From positions 38,312 to 102,311 of IMG/VR virus record IMGVR_UViG_3300013121_000038: a stretch of 64,000 nucleotides of DNA; one strand, written 5' to 3'. The stretch comes from a virus (lineage: Duplodnaviria; Caudoviricetes). A program made the position numbers and the translations under genes. Numbering within the stretch: the stretch's first letter is position 1; each line of letters opens with the position of its first letter. The notes beneath the pieces are model-generated. The model saw nothing but the letters and a program-made list of their open reading frames with translations, was not told the DNA's origin and did no database searches. Positions 18,107 through 26,621 of the stretch are shown here, piece after piece.

Positions 18107-18433
18107 ATGGGCGCACAGGAAGAGGACCTCGTCCTCGACAAGTTGGTGAGTGGTGACAGGCCGTCCCTCTACGCCGCCGGCATGGTGGCCGCCCAGGCGC
18201 TCAAGGACACAGGCACAGCGGTCTTCATGCTCGACGTGCTGGGCCGAGTCCACCTCGTTCCGCCGCAGCTCGTCGAGGTGAAGCGACGCCCCAAGCTGAG
18301 CGACGACGAACTGAATGCTCTCGACGAGAATGAAGCTCTTGGCTTGCTGGTGAAGCAAGGCGAGGATGAGGAGAGCATCATCGCTTACGTGAGGCGGCGG
18401 GCCGCCGCGCAGTCAGAGAAAGGGGTCCTGTGA
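18107..18433 (+). CDS. Hypothetical protein
   Basis: AAGGAG RBS; 108 aa. Confidence 0.65.
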   Translation: MGAQEEDLVLDKLVSGDRPSLYAAGMVAAQALKDTGTAVFMLDVLGRVHLVPPQLVEVKRRPKLSDDELNALDENEALGLLVKQGEDEESIIAYVRRRAAAQSEKGVL

Positions 18434-18669
18434 TGGCGACGCAAGTCTGCGACAGAACCCCTTGCGAGTACATGAAGGCCACCATCGACGCTCTCATCTC
18501 GAACTCGTACGTGCAGGACCGTTTCAGCATCATGGTGCAGTCGCAGCTCGACCCCAGGATCTCGTTCCTCGTGCCGTTGAAGTACTGCCCCTTCTGCGGA
18601 ACGCGTATCGATCCAGCATGGGTCAGTGGCTTCTACAAGATGACCGGCTCGATGCGAGAAGTCGGATAA
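18433..18669 (+). CDS. Small Zn-ribbon protein
   Basis: C-x4-C ... YCPFCG motif. Confidence 0.65.
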   Translation: MATQVCDRTPCEYMKATIDALISNSYVQDRFSIMVQSQLDPRISFLVPLKYCPFCGTRIDPAWVSGFYKMTGSMREVG

Positions 18670-18672
18670 CCC

Positions 18673-19305
18673 ATGCCGAACCCGGTCACCGCAGTACCTG
18701 CCACACCTCTGCCGATCGACGCGAACGTCAACGCGGCCGCAGAGGCGTTTCTCACCTCTCTTCTCCAGATCTTCGAGCACGGCACCACAGGGCTCTCTGG
18801 ACAAGAGAACACCGACCCCTCTTACCAGCAGCTAGACGGGGCTGGGACCATCGGCCCCATGGTCCTTCGCTCGCGTGAGCAGCAGCTCTTCTTCAGGCAG
18901 GTAGGGCTTGCGCTGGCCAAGAACTTCGCCAACCTCACCGTCACCGTCCCAGAGCCGTACTTCTCCCAGTCGTACACCAGCGACGGCGTGACGCGTGGAG
19001 ACGCGGTGGTGATGACCTCAGAGGGGCATGTGGGACCTGGGTCCTGCACCACTGACGTCGGCTCCCTCCTCGTCGGAATGGCCAGGGACGACGCCAGCGC
19101 CGGCGCCACAGTGGTTGTGGTGCTCTTCGGCTCCTTCTTCGACGTCCTCGTCGGAGCAGCTCTCAACGAGGAGTTCTTCCTCGGCCCGACTGGTCGCCCA
19201 GTGCGCTTCGATGACCTCGTACCTGGGCAGCGCATCATCCGTCTCGGCTACGCCAGTTCTTCCACGGACCTCGAAGTCCGCATCGACGACCTCGGAGTGA
19301 GGTAA
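18673..19305 (+). CDS. Virion appendage protein with a C-terminal cement-like domain
   Basis: GDAVV...VGMA...FFLG-x2-G...LGYA domain, paralogous to the C-termini of 23740-24582 and 25077-26603. Confidence 0.6.
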   Translation: MPNPVTAVPATPLPIDANVNAAAEAFLTSLLQIFEHGTTGLSGQENTDPSYQQLDGAGTIGPMVLRSREQQLFFRQVGLALAKNFANLTVTVPEPYFSQSYTSDGVTRGDAVVMTSEGHVGPGSCTTDVGSLLVGMARDDASAGATVVVVLFGSFFDVLVGAALNEEFFLGPTGRPVRFDDLVPGQRIIRLGYASSSTDLEVRIDDLGVR

Positions 19306-19308
19306 TTC

Positions 19309-20682
19309 ATGGGCGGCTTCTTCGCACACACCGGCGGCTCTCCATCTGGATACACCGCTCTTCCAGTCACCACGTTCGACACTCTGCTCGACGCCATCGT
19401 GACCGATGTCGGCGCAGGCCAGAACGGCTGGACGCTCTACGACGACCAGCGAAGCGCTTTCACGCCTCTCGTACTGCCGTGCAACGTGAACGGCCTGAAC
19501 ATCACCAACCAAGGAATCGTTTTCACGAACGGCTCCTCGGCCATCTCGCAGAACACTTACGGCCGCTTCCGGAGGAACTGGGTCCCTGGCATCTCTGGCA
19601 CATACATCTCGGTCGACCAGACCAACTGGTACTACTGCTCGGCCATCGCCTCTCAGACGGCAGCCACTCTCGATCGCAACTACACCGGCACGACGACCTC
19701 TGCTGCAACCGGCCACAACATCTACGAGAAGAGTGGGCCGTACATCGTCTTGAAGCACACGAGCTCGCAGAGGACTTTCTACGTCATGCTGTGCAGGCCG
19801 GTCTCCTACGGCGCTGGCCTACGAGTGCAGGTCTTCGAGACCTGGAACGCCGGCACGCACGTCGGCACCAACGGTGGGCCGCAAGAAGAGATGCGCTGCT
19901 TCGAGGACGGCAATGGTCGTTCAGGAGCCACCGTTCTTCAGTACCTTCTGTTCCTTCTGCCAGACGCATTCGGGCTGTGGCTTGGTGGAGCTGCATCAGA
20001 GCCTGGCGTCACCATGTCGGACTTCTTCTACACCGGCAACCTCAACCCTCTGCGCGTCGGCGACGACACCTGCCTGATTCAGGCATGTACCAGTCAGGAT
20101 CTCTCCGGCATCAAGGTCGATGCCACCCCTGCCTATAGTGTTGCCACCGCCAACAACCGCATCGGCGGGGCGGCGATGTTCAGAAACATCGCTGGTACTG
20201 TGTGGGTAGATCCGAGAGCCGTCGCATCGTGGACTGGGTCCAACGAATACGCCATCGTACCGAGGGGCTTCTCGTATCAGTTCGGCATCGATCGGACCAA
20301 CCTCGACGACGGCGCCAAGTTCCAGTTCTGCGAGATGGACGCCTACTGGACCGGGCCTACTGGCAGCGGCTTCGACAAGAACGAGGGCAAGCGTGGGGAG
20401 CTGAGGTACGTGAAAGTGCCGGTGATGAATCCGTCCGGTCTTCACTTCGCTTCTCTCGGACCGGCGGATGACGGCAACACGTACGTCCTCTTCGGCACTA
20501 GCGGTCCGAACACTCAAAGTGCTGCTCCCACCAGCTACGTCGGAGATGTGGTCTACAACACAGCTACTTTCAGCGGTTTTGCCTGGTCGCTGAGAAATGG
20601 AACCTTGGGCCAGGTCTCTGTCAGTGGCTCCCTCAACGTCTTGTTCACCACTCGCTGGTTCATGATGCCCATCAACCTGTAG
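19309..20682 (+). CDS. Putative virion structural/fibre-associated protein
   Basis: 457 aa, Gly/Thr/aromatic-rich beta protein in the fibre cluster. Confidence 0.55.
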   Translation: MGGFFAHTGGSPSGYTALPVTTFDTLLDAIVTDVGAGQNGWTLYDDQRSAFTPLVLPCNVNGLNITNQGIVFTNGSSAISQNTYGRFRRNWVPGISGTYISVDQTNWYYCSAIASQTAATLDRNYTGTTTSAATGHNIYEKSGPYIVLKHTSSQRTFYVMLCRPVSYGAGLRVQVFETWNAGTHVGTNGGPQEEMRCFEDGNGRSGATVLQYLLFLLPDAFGLWLGGAASEPGVTMSDFFYTGNLNPLRVGDDTCLIQACTSQDLSGIKVDATPAYSVATANNRIGGAAMFRNIAGTVWVDPRAVASWTGSNEYAIVPRGFSYQFGIDRTNLDDGAKFQFCEMDAYWTGPTGSGFDKNEGKRGELRYVKVPVMNPSGLHFASLGPADDGNTYVLFGTSGPNTQSAAPTSYVGDVVYNTATFSGFAWSLRNGTLGQVSVSGSLNVLFTTRWFMMPINL

Positions 20683-20685
20683 ACC

Positions 20686-21264
20686 ATGGCTACTCCGCAC
20701 CGCTACTGGCGCATCAACATCGCCCTCGCCAATGGCGCTAGCAGCTACACTTCTATGAGTGAGGTGCAGCTCAGAGATGTGGTTGGTGGTCCTGATCGCA
20801 CTGGCTCCGGCACTGCGTCGGCCAGTTCGGCCTATTCAGGCTACCCAGCGTCGAGCGCGGTCGATAACACGACGGCCACGTCATGGGCTTCCTTTCCCAA
20901 CTACGTCCCGCAGTGGTGGGCGTACGACTTCGGTCCAGGTGTCGCCTACGACATCATTGAAGTGGTGATCTCAGCACGTGCGGATGGCTACCCCCACGAA
21001 GCGCCGACCGACTTCACTATCGAATGGAGCGACAATGGTGCGGACTGGACGGTAGCCGCCCATCTCCTCACAACAGTGTGGACTGGTAACGGAGAGAGCA
21101 AGAGCTTCTTCACCCGCACCCCGCACCTCGTTGCCCGCTCTGCTGACAACGCGCCTAGCGGGGTACGCTCTGTCGCTCGTCCCGCCAAGAACCTCATCAC
21201 GACGGCTGGCTCGTCGACAAGTGCTCGCAAGAACGGCTCCAAGCTGAGCCCAGGAGTCGGCTAG
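20686..21264 (+). CDS. Discoidin/F5-8 type C-like carbohydrate-binding virion protein
   Basis: RYWRINI, ASASS, AVDN...W, WWAYDFG and FTIEWSDNG-x-DWT motifs. Confidence 0.65.
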   Translation: MATPHRYWRINIALANGASSYTSMSEVQLRDVVGGPDRTGSGTASASSAYSGYPASSAVDNTTATSWASFPNYVPQWWAYDFGPGVAYDIIEVVISARADGYPHEAPTDFTIEWSDNGADWTVAAHLLTTVWTGNGESKSFFTRTPHLVARSADNAPSGVRSVARPAKNLITTAGSSTSARKNGSKLSPGVG

Positions 21265-22116
21265 GTGGAGTTCTGGGCAGATCGCGTGCTTTCTCTCAAC
21301 CCGGTCGCCTTCTGGCGTCTAAACGACGCCTCCGCTCCGTTCTTTGACTCCGGGCCGAACGGTCTGCACTCGTCCGGGTACGCCTTCGCCCATGGCTACC
21401 GTCAGACCGCTTACGCACTGGTCGAACATCAAGATCTACTAGGCCCGCTGCTATGGGGAGGTGGGTCTAGTAGCAGCGCGCAGTTCACCGCCAGCTCTCT
21501 CTATGACTTTGAGTGGGACCAAGCGTTCGCCGCTTTTGCCTGGTTCTACCCAATAGGCAACGCTGGGCCTCTTGTCTGCAAGGCGAACGGTGCGGGAACT
21601 CTTGGATGGGAGTTCGGTCTTGACACCGGCCGTCCGTTCTTCGCGATGTACCAATCAGGCGCCGTCTACATCAAGGTGATGGCCACCGACTCGGTGTCGT
21701 TCACGGCGATGAACGGCATCGCCTTTACCTACGATGGCTCTGGCACTCCAGAAGGAGTCGCCCTCTACTTGAATGGTCGCCTACTCGCATCGACAGCTAC
21801 CGGGGTCGCGTCCTTCTCTTCAGGCTCCATCAAGGCACCGGATCGAGTAACCATCGCGTACCGAGGTACGGTCGTTGGTGGCGGGTCAGCCCTGTACGGA
21901 CGTCAGGGGGACACGGTGGTTTTCGGCCCAGGCTACCCCTCGACACTTGCGGTAGATATCTTCGGCTTCGCAGCGGATGTAGTCGCAAGATACGCTGCCG
22001 AAGACGCCGGCTACGTCCGCTCCGTCTCCCGCCCGGCCAAGAACCTCCGAAGCCTCACGTCCTCCACAAGCACCCGTCGCAGGAAGCGGCGCAAGGTCAA
22101 CCCCGGAGTCAACTAG
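21265..22116 (+). CDS. Concanavalin A/LamG-like lectin-domain virion protein
   Basis: PVAFWRLND, IAFTYDG and LYLNG motifs. Confidence 0.65.
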   Translation: MEFWADRVLSLNPVAFWRLNDASAPFFDSGPNGLHSSGYAFAHGYRQTAYALVEHQDLLGPLLWGGGSSSSAQFTASSLYDFEWDQAFAAFAWFYPIGNAGPLVCKANGAGTLGWEFGLDTGRPFFAMYQSGAVYIKVMATDSVSFTAMNGIAFTYDGSGTPEGVALYLNGRLLASTATGVASFSSGSIKAPDRVTIAYRGTVVGGGSALYGRQGDTVVFGPGYPSTLAVDIFGFAADVVARYAAEDAGYVRSVSRPAKNLRSLTSSTSTRRRKRRKVNPGVN

Positions 22117-23736
22117 ATGCTCATCCTCAAGACAGGACAGGATGCTCTGGTGCCGGTCGTCTTGAACGACGCCACGACGGGGAACGCCTACAACGGCGCG
22201 CTCTACAACAACGTCTTGGCCACCATCATCAAGAACGATGGCACGGTGGTGGACCTCGGCGAGCTTGCACCAACGGACTGGACGCAGATCGAGACCGGGG
22301 CCTACTCGTTGCGCGGCTACTACCTGCTCAAGATCCCGGCCAGCGCCATCGATCAAGAGGGCATGCTGCACTACGGCGTGGCTGTGACTGGCGTTGAGTT
22401 CTACCCAGGCGTCGCCACGGTGCGCGCCAACACCGAGAAGAACATCTTCGATCGCATCGGCGCCCCAGTCGGTGCCAGCATCTCCGCTGACATCCAGAAC
22501 ATCAGCGCCGCAGTCGGTGGCGAGGGAGGCTTCCAGGCCGCAGACCGCCAGACGCTCCTCGACGTGAAGGCGAAGACTGATCTTCTTCCGACTGATCCAG
22601 CCGACCAGAGCCTGGTCGAGGCCGCCGTCGCTGCGACCTTCACGGCATCGGACCGCTCGAATCTCGGCGCCATCAAGGCCAAGACAGACAACCTGCCAGC
22701 AGTGCCGGCGTCTCAGGGCGACGTCACCACGGCCCGAGACAACGTCAACACCAACACGAACTCCAGAGCCACAGAGCTCAAGGGCACGAGCTGGAACGGC
22801 ACCAACGACACGCTGCACCAGCTCCGTCTCAAGGCTGACTCCATCGACGCGAAGACGGCGAATCTTCCCGCTGACCCGGCGAGCGAGAGTGGTCTTGGTG
22901 GCGCAGGCTACGATCCTCTCACCGACTCTCTTCACCAGCTCCAGCTCGCCATCTCGGCAACTGTCAGCGGAGAAGGCGGCTTCGGCCCGACGGACCGGGC
23001 CACCATCCAGGCCATCGAGGCTCTGCTTCCGCCTGCCGGCGTCATCGCATCGAACCTCGACGTGGAAGCAGCCATGGGTGTGGACACAACGAACTCGCCT
23101 TTCAACGTGAAGCGCACCATCTCCGAGGTGTACGTCTACGCCAGGAACAACATCCACGCGAAGACCACCAACCTGCCAGCCGACCCAGCCTCCAACACGG
23201 TGGTGAACGCCAGAGCCACCGAGATGAAGGGCTCTGGATGGGCTGCGACCGACTCTCTCAAGGACATCAAGAGCTCCATCGTCGCCTCGAACTTCACCCA
23301 GGCCGATCGAGACGCCATCAACGACACCAACGCCGACGTCAACAGCATGCGGACCGTGGTCGACAACATCCGCTCCGAGACGGTTGCCATCAAGGGGAAG
23401 ACGGACAATCTCCCAGTCGACCCGGCCTCGAACAGCCACATCGACATCGCCGTCGGTGCTGGTGCCAACGCCTTCACCGAAACCGAACGCCAGGCGCTCA
23501 TGGACATCAAGGCGAAGACCGACAACCTGCCTCCAGACCCGGCGGCGGCTTCCGCCGCTTTCGGCTCCGCTGACAGAGACGTCATGAGCTCCATTCGTGC
23601 GAAGACGGACCTCTTGCCGCCTGACCCGGCGTCCACCACCAGCATCACGGCTCTCTCGAACAAGGTGGGTACGCCGAGAGCCACGGTCTCTCAGGACATC
23701 GCTGACGTGACGGACGTCGTTCTGTCGAACGGGTGA
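22117..23736 (+). CDS. Fibrous virion protein with seven [AG]KT-x-[NL]-LP-x2-PA repeats
   Basis: Seven copies of the repeat separated by helical spacers. Confidence 0.7.
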   Translation: MLILKTGQDALVPVVLNDATTGNAYNGALYNNVLATIIKNDGTVVDLGELAPTDWTQIETGAYSLRGYYLLKIPASAIDQEGMLHYGVAVTGVEFYPGVATVRANTEKNIFDRIGAPVGASISADIQNISAAVGGEGGFQAADRQTLLDVKAKTDLLPTDPADQSLVEAAVAATFTASDRSNLGAIKAKTDNLPAVPASQGDVTTARDNVNTNTNSRATELKGTSWNGTNDTLHQLRLKADSIDAKTANLPADPASESGLGGAGYDPLTDSLHQLQLAISATVSGEGGFGPTDRATIQAIEALLPPAGVIASNLDVEAAMGVDTTNSPFNVKRTISEVYVYARNNIHAKTTNLPADPASNTVVNARATEMKGSGWAATDSLKDIKSSIVASNFTQADRDAINDTNADVNSMRTVVDNIRSETVAIKGKTDNLPVDPASNSHIDIAVGAGANAFTETERQALMDIKAKTDNLPPDPAAASAAFGSADRDVMSSIRAKTDLLPPDPASTTSITALSNKVGTPRATVSQDIADVTDVVLSNG

Positions 23737-23739
23737 TAA

Positions 23740-24582
23740 ATGGCTACCCCGAGAATCATCAACGAGATCTCGCACGACACCCGAGCGACTCTTCAGCATT
23801 CGCACTCTCGTGGTGGCTTCAAGGAGATCGTAAGAGATCTCACTGGGCTTCTTACCGACATCATCATCTGGGTCGACTCAGGTAAGACGAGGAAGATTCG
23901 CGAGACTCATCTCACACGAGTGCTCGGCAAGCTGACCAGCGTCACCAAGAAGCAGTACGACATGGACGGCAACCTGGTGGAGCAGTACACCCAGGATTTC
24001 GACCGAGACGGCACCGGCAAGGTCGTCGACATTCGGTTGTCGGCCACCGTCTTCCCAACAGGCATCGGCGGGCAGCCTGTAGGGGCGGCTGGTTCGGTCC
24101 AGATTCGCTCAGCCGGTCTGCCTCTTGGCGGCGCTGGCACTCTCGACTTCTTGGACGCCACCGTGGCCGTCAACAATGGTGTGGCGTCCATCAGCACAGG
24201 GGTGGCGGGCGGCTCTCCGAACTCCTTCACCGGCATCTGTCTCAACACCATTCAGGTGGGCGATCTCGTCTTCGCGGCTGGGCCGAATCGGACCGTGGAC
24301 CTCGCCGACCCGGTCAACATGACCAAGATGCCGGTCATCGGCATTGTGAGCTCGAAGCCTACACCGTCTTCATGCATCGTCCAGACGACTGGCATCGCCA
24401 CTGGTCTCTCGGGTCTCACCGCAGGGCAGTACGTCTTCATCGGAAGAAACGGGAGACCGACTATGACGTCTCCCACTCCAGCGCTTGGTGAGACACTTGT
24501 CCACCAGCCGCTGGGCATCGCCATCGACTCCACCTCGATGGTCTTGTGTCTCAGCATCATCACCACCCGAGTGCGGGGGTAA
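23740..24582 (+). CDS. Virion appendage protein
   Basis: N-terminal beta-hairpin repeats; C-terminal cement-like domain. Confidence 0.6.
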   Translation: MATPRIINEISHDTRATLQHSHSRGGFKEIVRDLTGLLTDIIIWVDSGKTRKIRETHLTRVLGKLTSVTKKQYDMDGNLVEQYTQDFDRDGTGKVVDIRLSATVFPTGIGGQPVGAAGSVQIRSAGLPLGGAGTLDFLDATVAVNNGVASISTGVAGGSPNSFTGICLNTIQVGDLVFAAGPNRTVDLADPVNMTKMPVIGIVSSKPTPSSCIVQTTGIATGLSGLTAGQYVFIGRNGRPTMTSPTPALGETLVHQPLGIAIDSTSMVLCLSIITTRVRG

Positions 24583-24638
24583 ACCGTTCCCACACTCATA
24601 CCCGGATGTTACAGTCACCCACGTTCCAGGAGTCCTGT

Positions 24639-25061
24639 ATGGCCAAGAAGACCGTCACCCCGATCATCAAGGACCTCGCTCCAGCCGCCGCTCCGGCCCC
24701 CAACGGCAACGGAGCCACTCACCCGCTCGCCATCGACGAGTTGAGCCTCCTGCGTCTCACCAGAGCTGCCGAGAAGGGCCGCGCGGCCAATCTGGAGCTT
24801 CAGCTCGCCTCGAATGCCATCAATGGCCTCTTCCAGAGGTGGCTCCAGGAGAACGAAGAGGCGAAGAAGCTGAACGCCCGCATCGTGGAGCTCCAGGCAG
24901 AGGCCAAGAAGGCGCAAGACGACTACACCGAGATCGTCAAGAAGATCGACGCCGAGCTGAAGATCGACCTGAAGGAGTACTCCTACGACGACGAGACGGG
25001 GGTGCTCCACAAGCTGCCTGCTGCGCCACCGCCAGCGGCGCCAGCTCAGCCAGCCCAGTAA
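24639..25061 (+). CDS. Coiled-coil protein, possible fibre chaperone
   Basis: AGGAG RBS before ATG 24639; heptad repeats. Confidence 0.55.
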   Translation: MAKKTVTPIIKDLAPAAAPAPNGNGATHPLAIDELSLLRLTRAAEKGRAANLELQLASNAINGLFQRWLQENEEAKKLNARIVELQAEAKKAQDDYTEIVKKIDAELKIDLKEYSYDDETGVLHKLPAAPPPAAPAQPAQ

Positions 25062-25076
25062 CCAAGGAGCAGTCCG

Positions 25077-26603
25077 ATGGCCCTTCGTCGCTTCCTCTTC
25101 CAGACCATTGCCGCTGGTTCGGCGTACTTCGACTCCAGCCAGGACTCGGATGAAGTATCGCTGGCGAAGGTCACTCTCGTCACGGGAGTCGGTGGAGTAG
25201 GTCTCGACGCTGGCACCACTGACTTCACCAACGTCAGGAAGGCGACGTTCGTCACCGGCGTTGCCGGAGTAGCCATCGACGCTGGCGGGCTGAGGATCAC
25301 CAACCTCAACCTCACTCCATCAGCCAACAGCGACGCCGTCTCGAAGCAGTACGTCGACAACATCGCCGCTGGTGTGGACTGGAAGGCCTCGGTCCGCGTC
25401 GCCCTCACCACCAACCTGGCGAACCCGACGACGGCGCCAGGAGCCAACGTCGACGGCGTTGCGATGGTGGCAGGAGACCGCTTCCTCCTCATCGGTCAGA
25501 CGGCGCCTGCTGAGAACGGCATTTACGTCTGGACCAACGCCACCTCGGCTGCCAGAGCCGCTGATGCTTCTGCTGGCACGCTGACGTCTGGTGCTGCCGT
25601 CTTCGTGGCAGAAGGCACGCAGGACAACAAGGCCTTCATTCTCACCACCAACGATCCGATCACGGTCGGCACCACAGGGCAGGCGTGGACGCAGTTCGTC
25701 GGCATCGGTACGTACACCGCTTCCAACGGCGTCCAGATCTCCGGCATGGCCATCAGCGGCGTGGCCAACACCGCGCAGGGCCTGAACGTCGGGGCCTCCG
25801 GCTTCGGCATCACCCTGAACGGCACCAACCCAGGTCTCGCCTTCACCTCCACCTACGTCGACGTGAAGTACGGCAACGGCGTGGCTGCGAGCGCCACAGG
25901 TGTCACTGCGGTCGGCAACGCGGCGCAGGGCATCAACGTCGGTGCCTCAGGCATCGGCATCACTCTCGCAGCAGCTCCAGGCCTTGAGTTCAACACAGGC
26001 CTCAAGATCCTGCTCGACCCGACCAACCCTGGTCTTCAGCTCACCTCTGGTCTCAAGATCCTGCTGAGCGGCACCACTCTCTCCCTCGCGGGAGGGCTTT
26101 CCGTCGTCGGCGTGCCTGCGGCCGGCACCTGGCAGATCGGCGGAGTCGCCACGTCGGCCAACGTCACGGCGGCCAACCTCGGTACCCTCACGGGTGGCGG
26201 AGACGCCTCGGCGCTGCACACGCACGCAGGTCTGACCTCTATCTCCGTGGCTTTCTCTGCCACCGTGGGCGCCGGCGGTGTGACGAAGGGGGACTGCCTC
26301 TACTTCTCGGCCAACGACACCGTGAACAAGGGAGACCCAACCAACGTCGCCAAGTCGGTCATCATCGGCGTCGCTCAGACCACGCAGTCGGCTGCTGCCT
26401 CAGTGGGCGTGCAGACGGACGGAGTGCTGACAGGAGCCGGCTCCGGATGGACCGCTGGACAGCAGATCTTCATGAGCACGACCGGCGGTCTCACCAACGA
26501 TCCAACCTCTCTCGCTTCTCGCACACGCACCATCCAGGCAGGCATCGCGAAGAACGCCACGGACCTCGCCATCAACGTCCGCGACTACGGCATGAAGGCG
26601 TAG
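25077..26603 (+). CDS. Head/tail fibre protein
   Basis: DAVSKQYVD and DWKASVRVA...GDRFLL-x2-QT-x3-ENGIY motifs common in phage fibres; Gly-rich shaft repeats; C-terminal cement-like domain. Confidence 0.75.
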   Translation: MALRRFLFQTIAAGSAYFDSSQDSDEVSLAKVTLVTGVGGVGLDAGTTDFTNVRKATFVTGVAGVAIDAGGLRITNLNLTPSANSDAVSKQYVDNIAAGVDWKASVRVALTTNLANPTTAPGANVDGVAMVAGDRFLLIGQTAPAENGIYVWTNATSAARAADASAGTLTSGAAVFVAEGTQDNKAFILTTNDPITVGTTGQAWTQFVGIGTYTASNGVQISGMAISGVANTAQGLNVGASGFGITLNGTNPGLAFTSTYVDVKYGNGVAASATGVTAVGNAAQGINVGASGIGITLAAAPGLEFNTGLKILLDPTNPGLQLTSGLKILLSGTTLSLAGGLSVVGVPAAGTWQIGGVATSANVTAANLGTLTGGGDASALHTHAGLTSISVAFSATVGAGGVTKGDCLYFSANDTVNKGDPTNVAKSVIIGVAQTTQSAAASVGVQTDGVLTGAGSGWTAGQQIFMSTTGGLTNDPTSLASRTRTIQAGIAKNATDLAINVRDYGMKA

Positions 26604-26621
26604 CGGGCTGAAGGGATAAGA

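Noticed and set aside
26593-26620. GGGATAAG before the large fibre gene as a + strand promoter copy
   Set aside because: Distal element is TGAA, and ATAAG lies 1 nt from the start codon; more likely part of the RBS.
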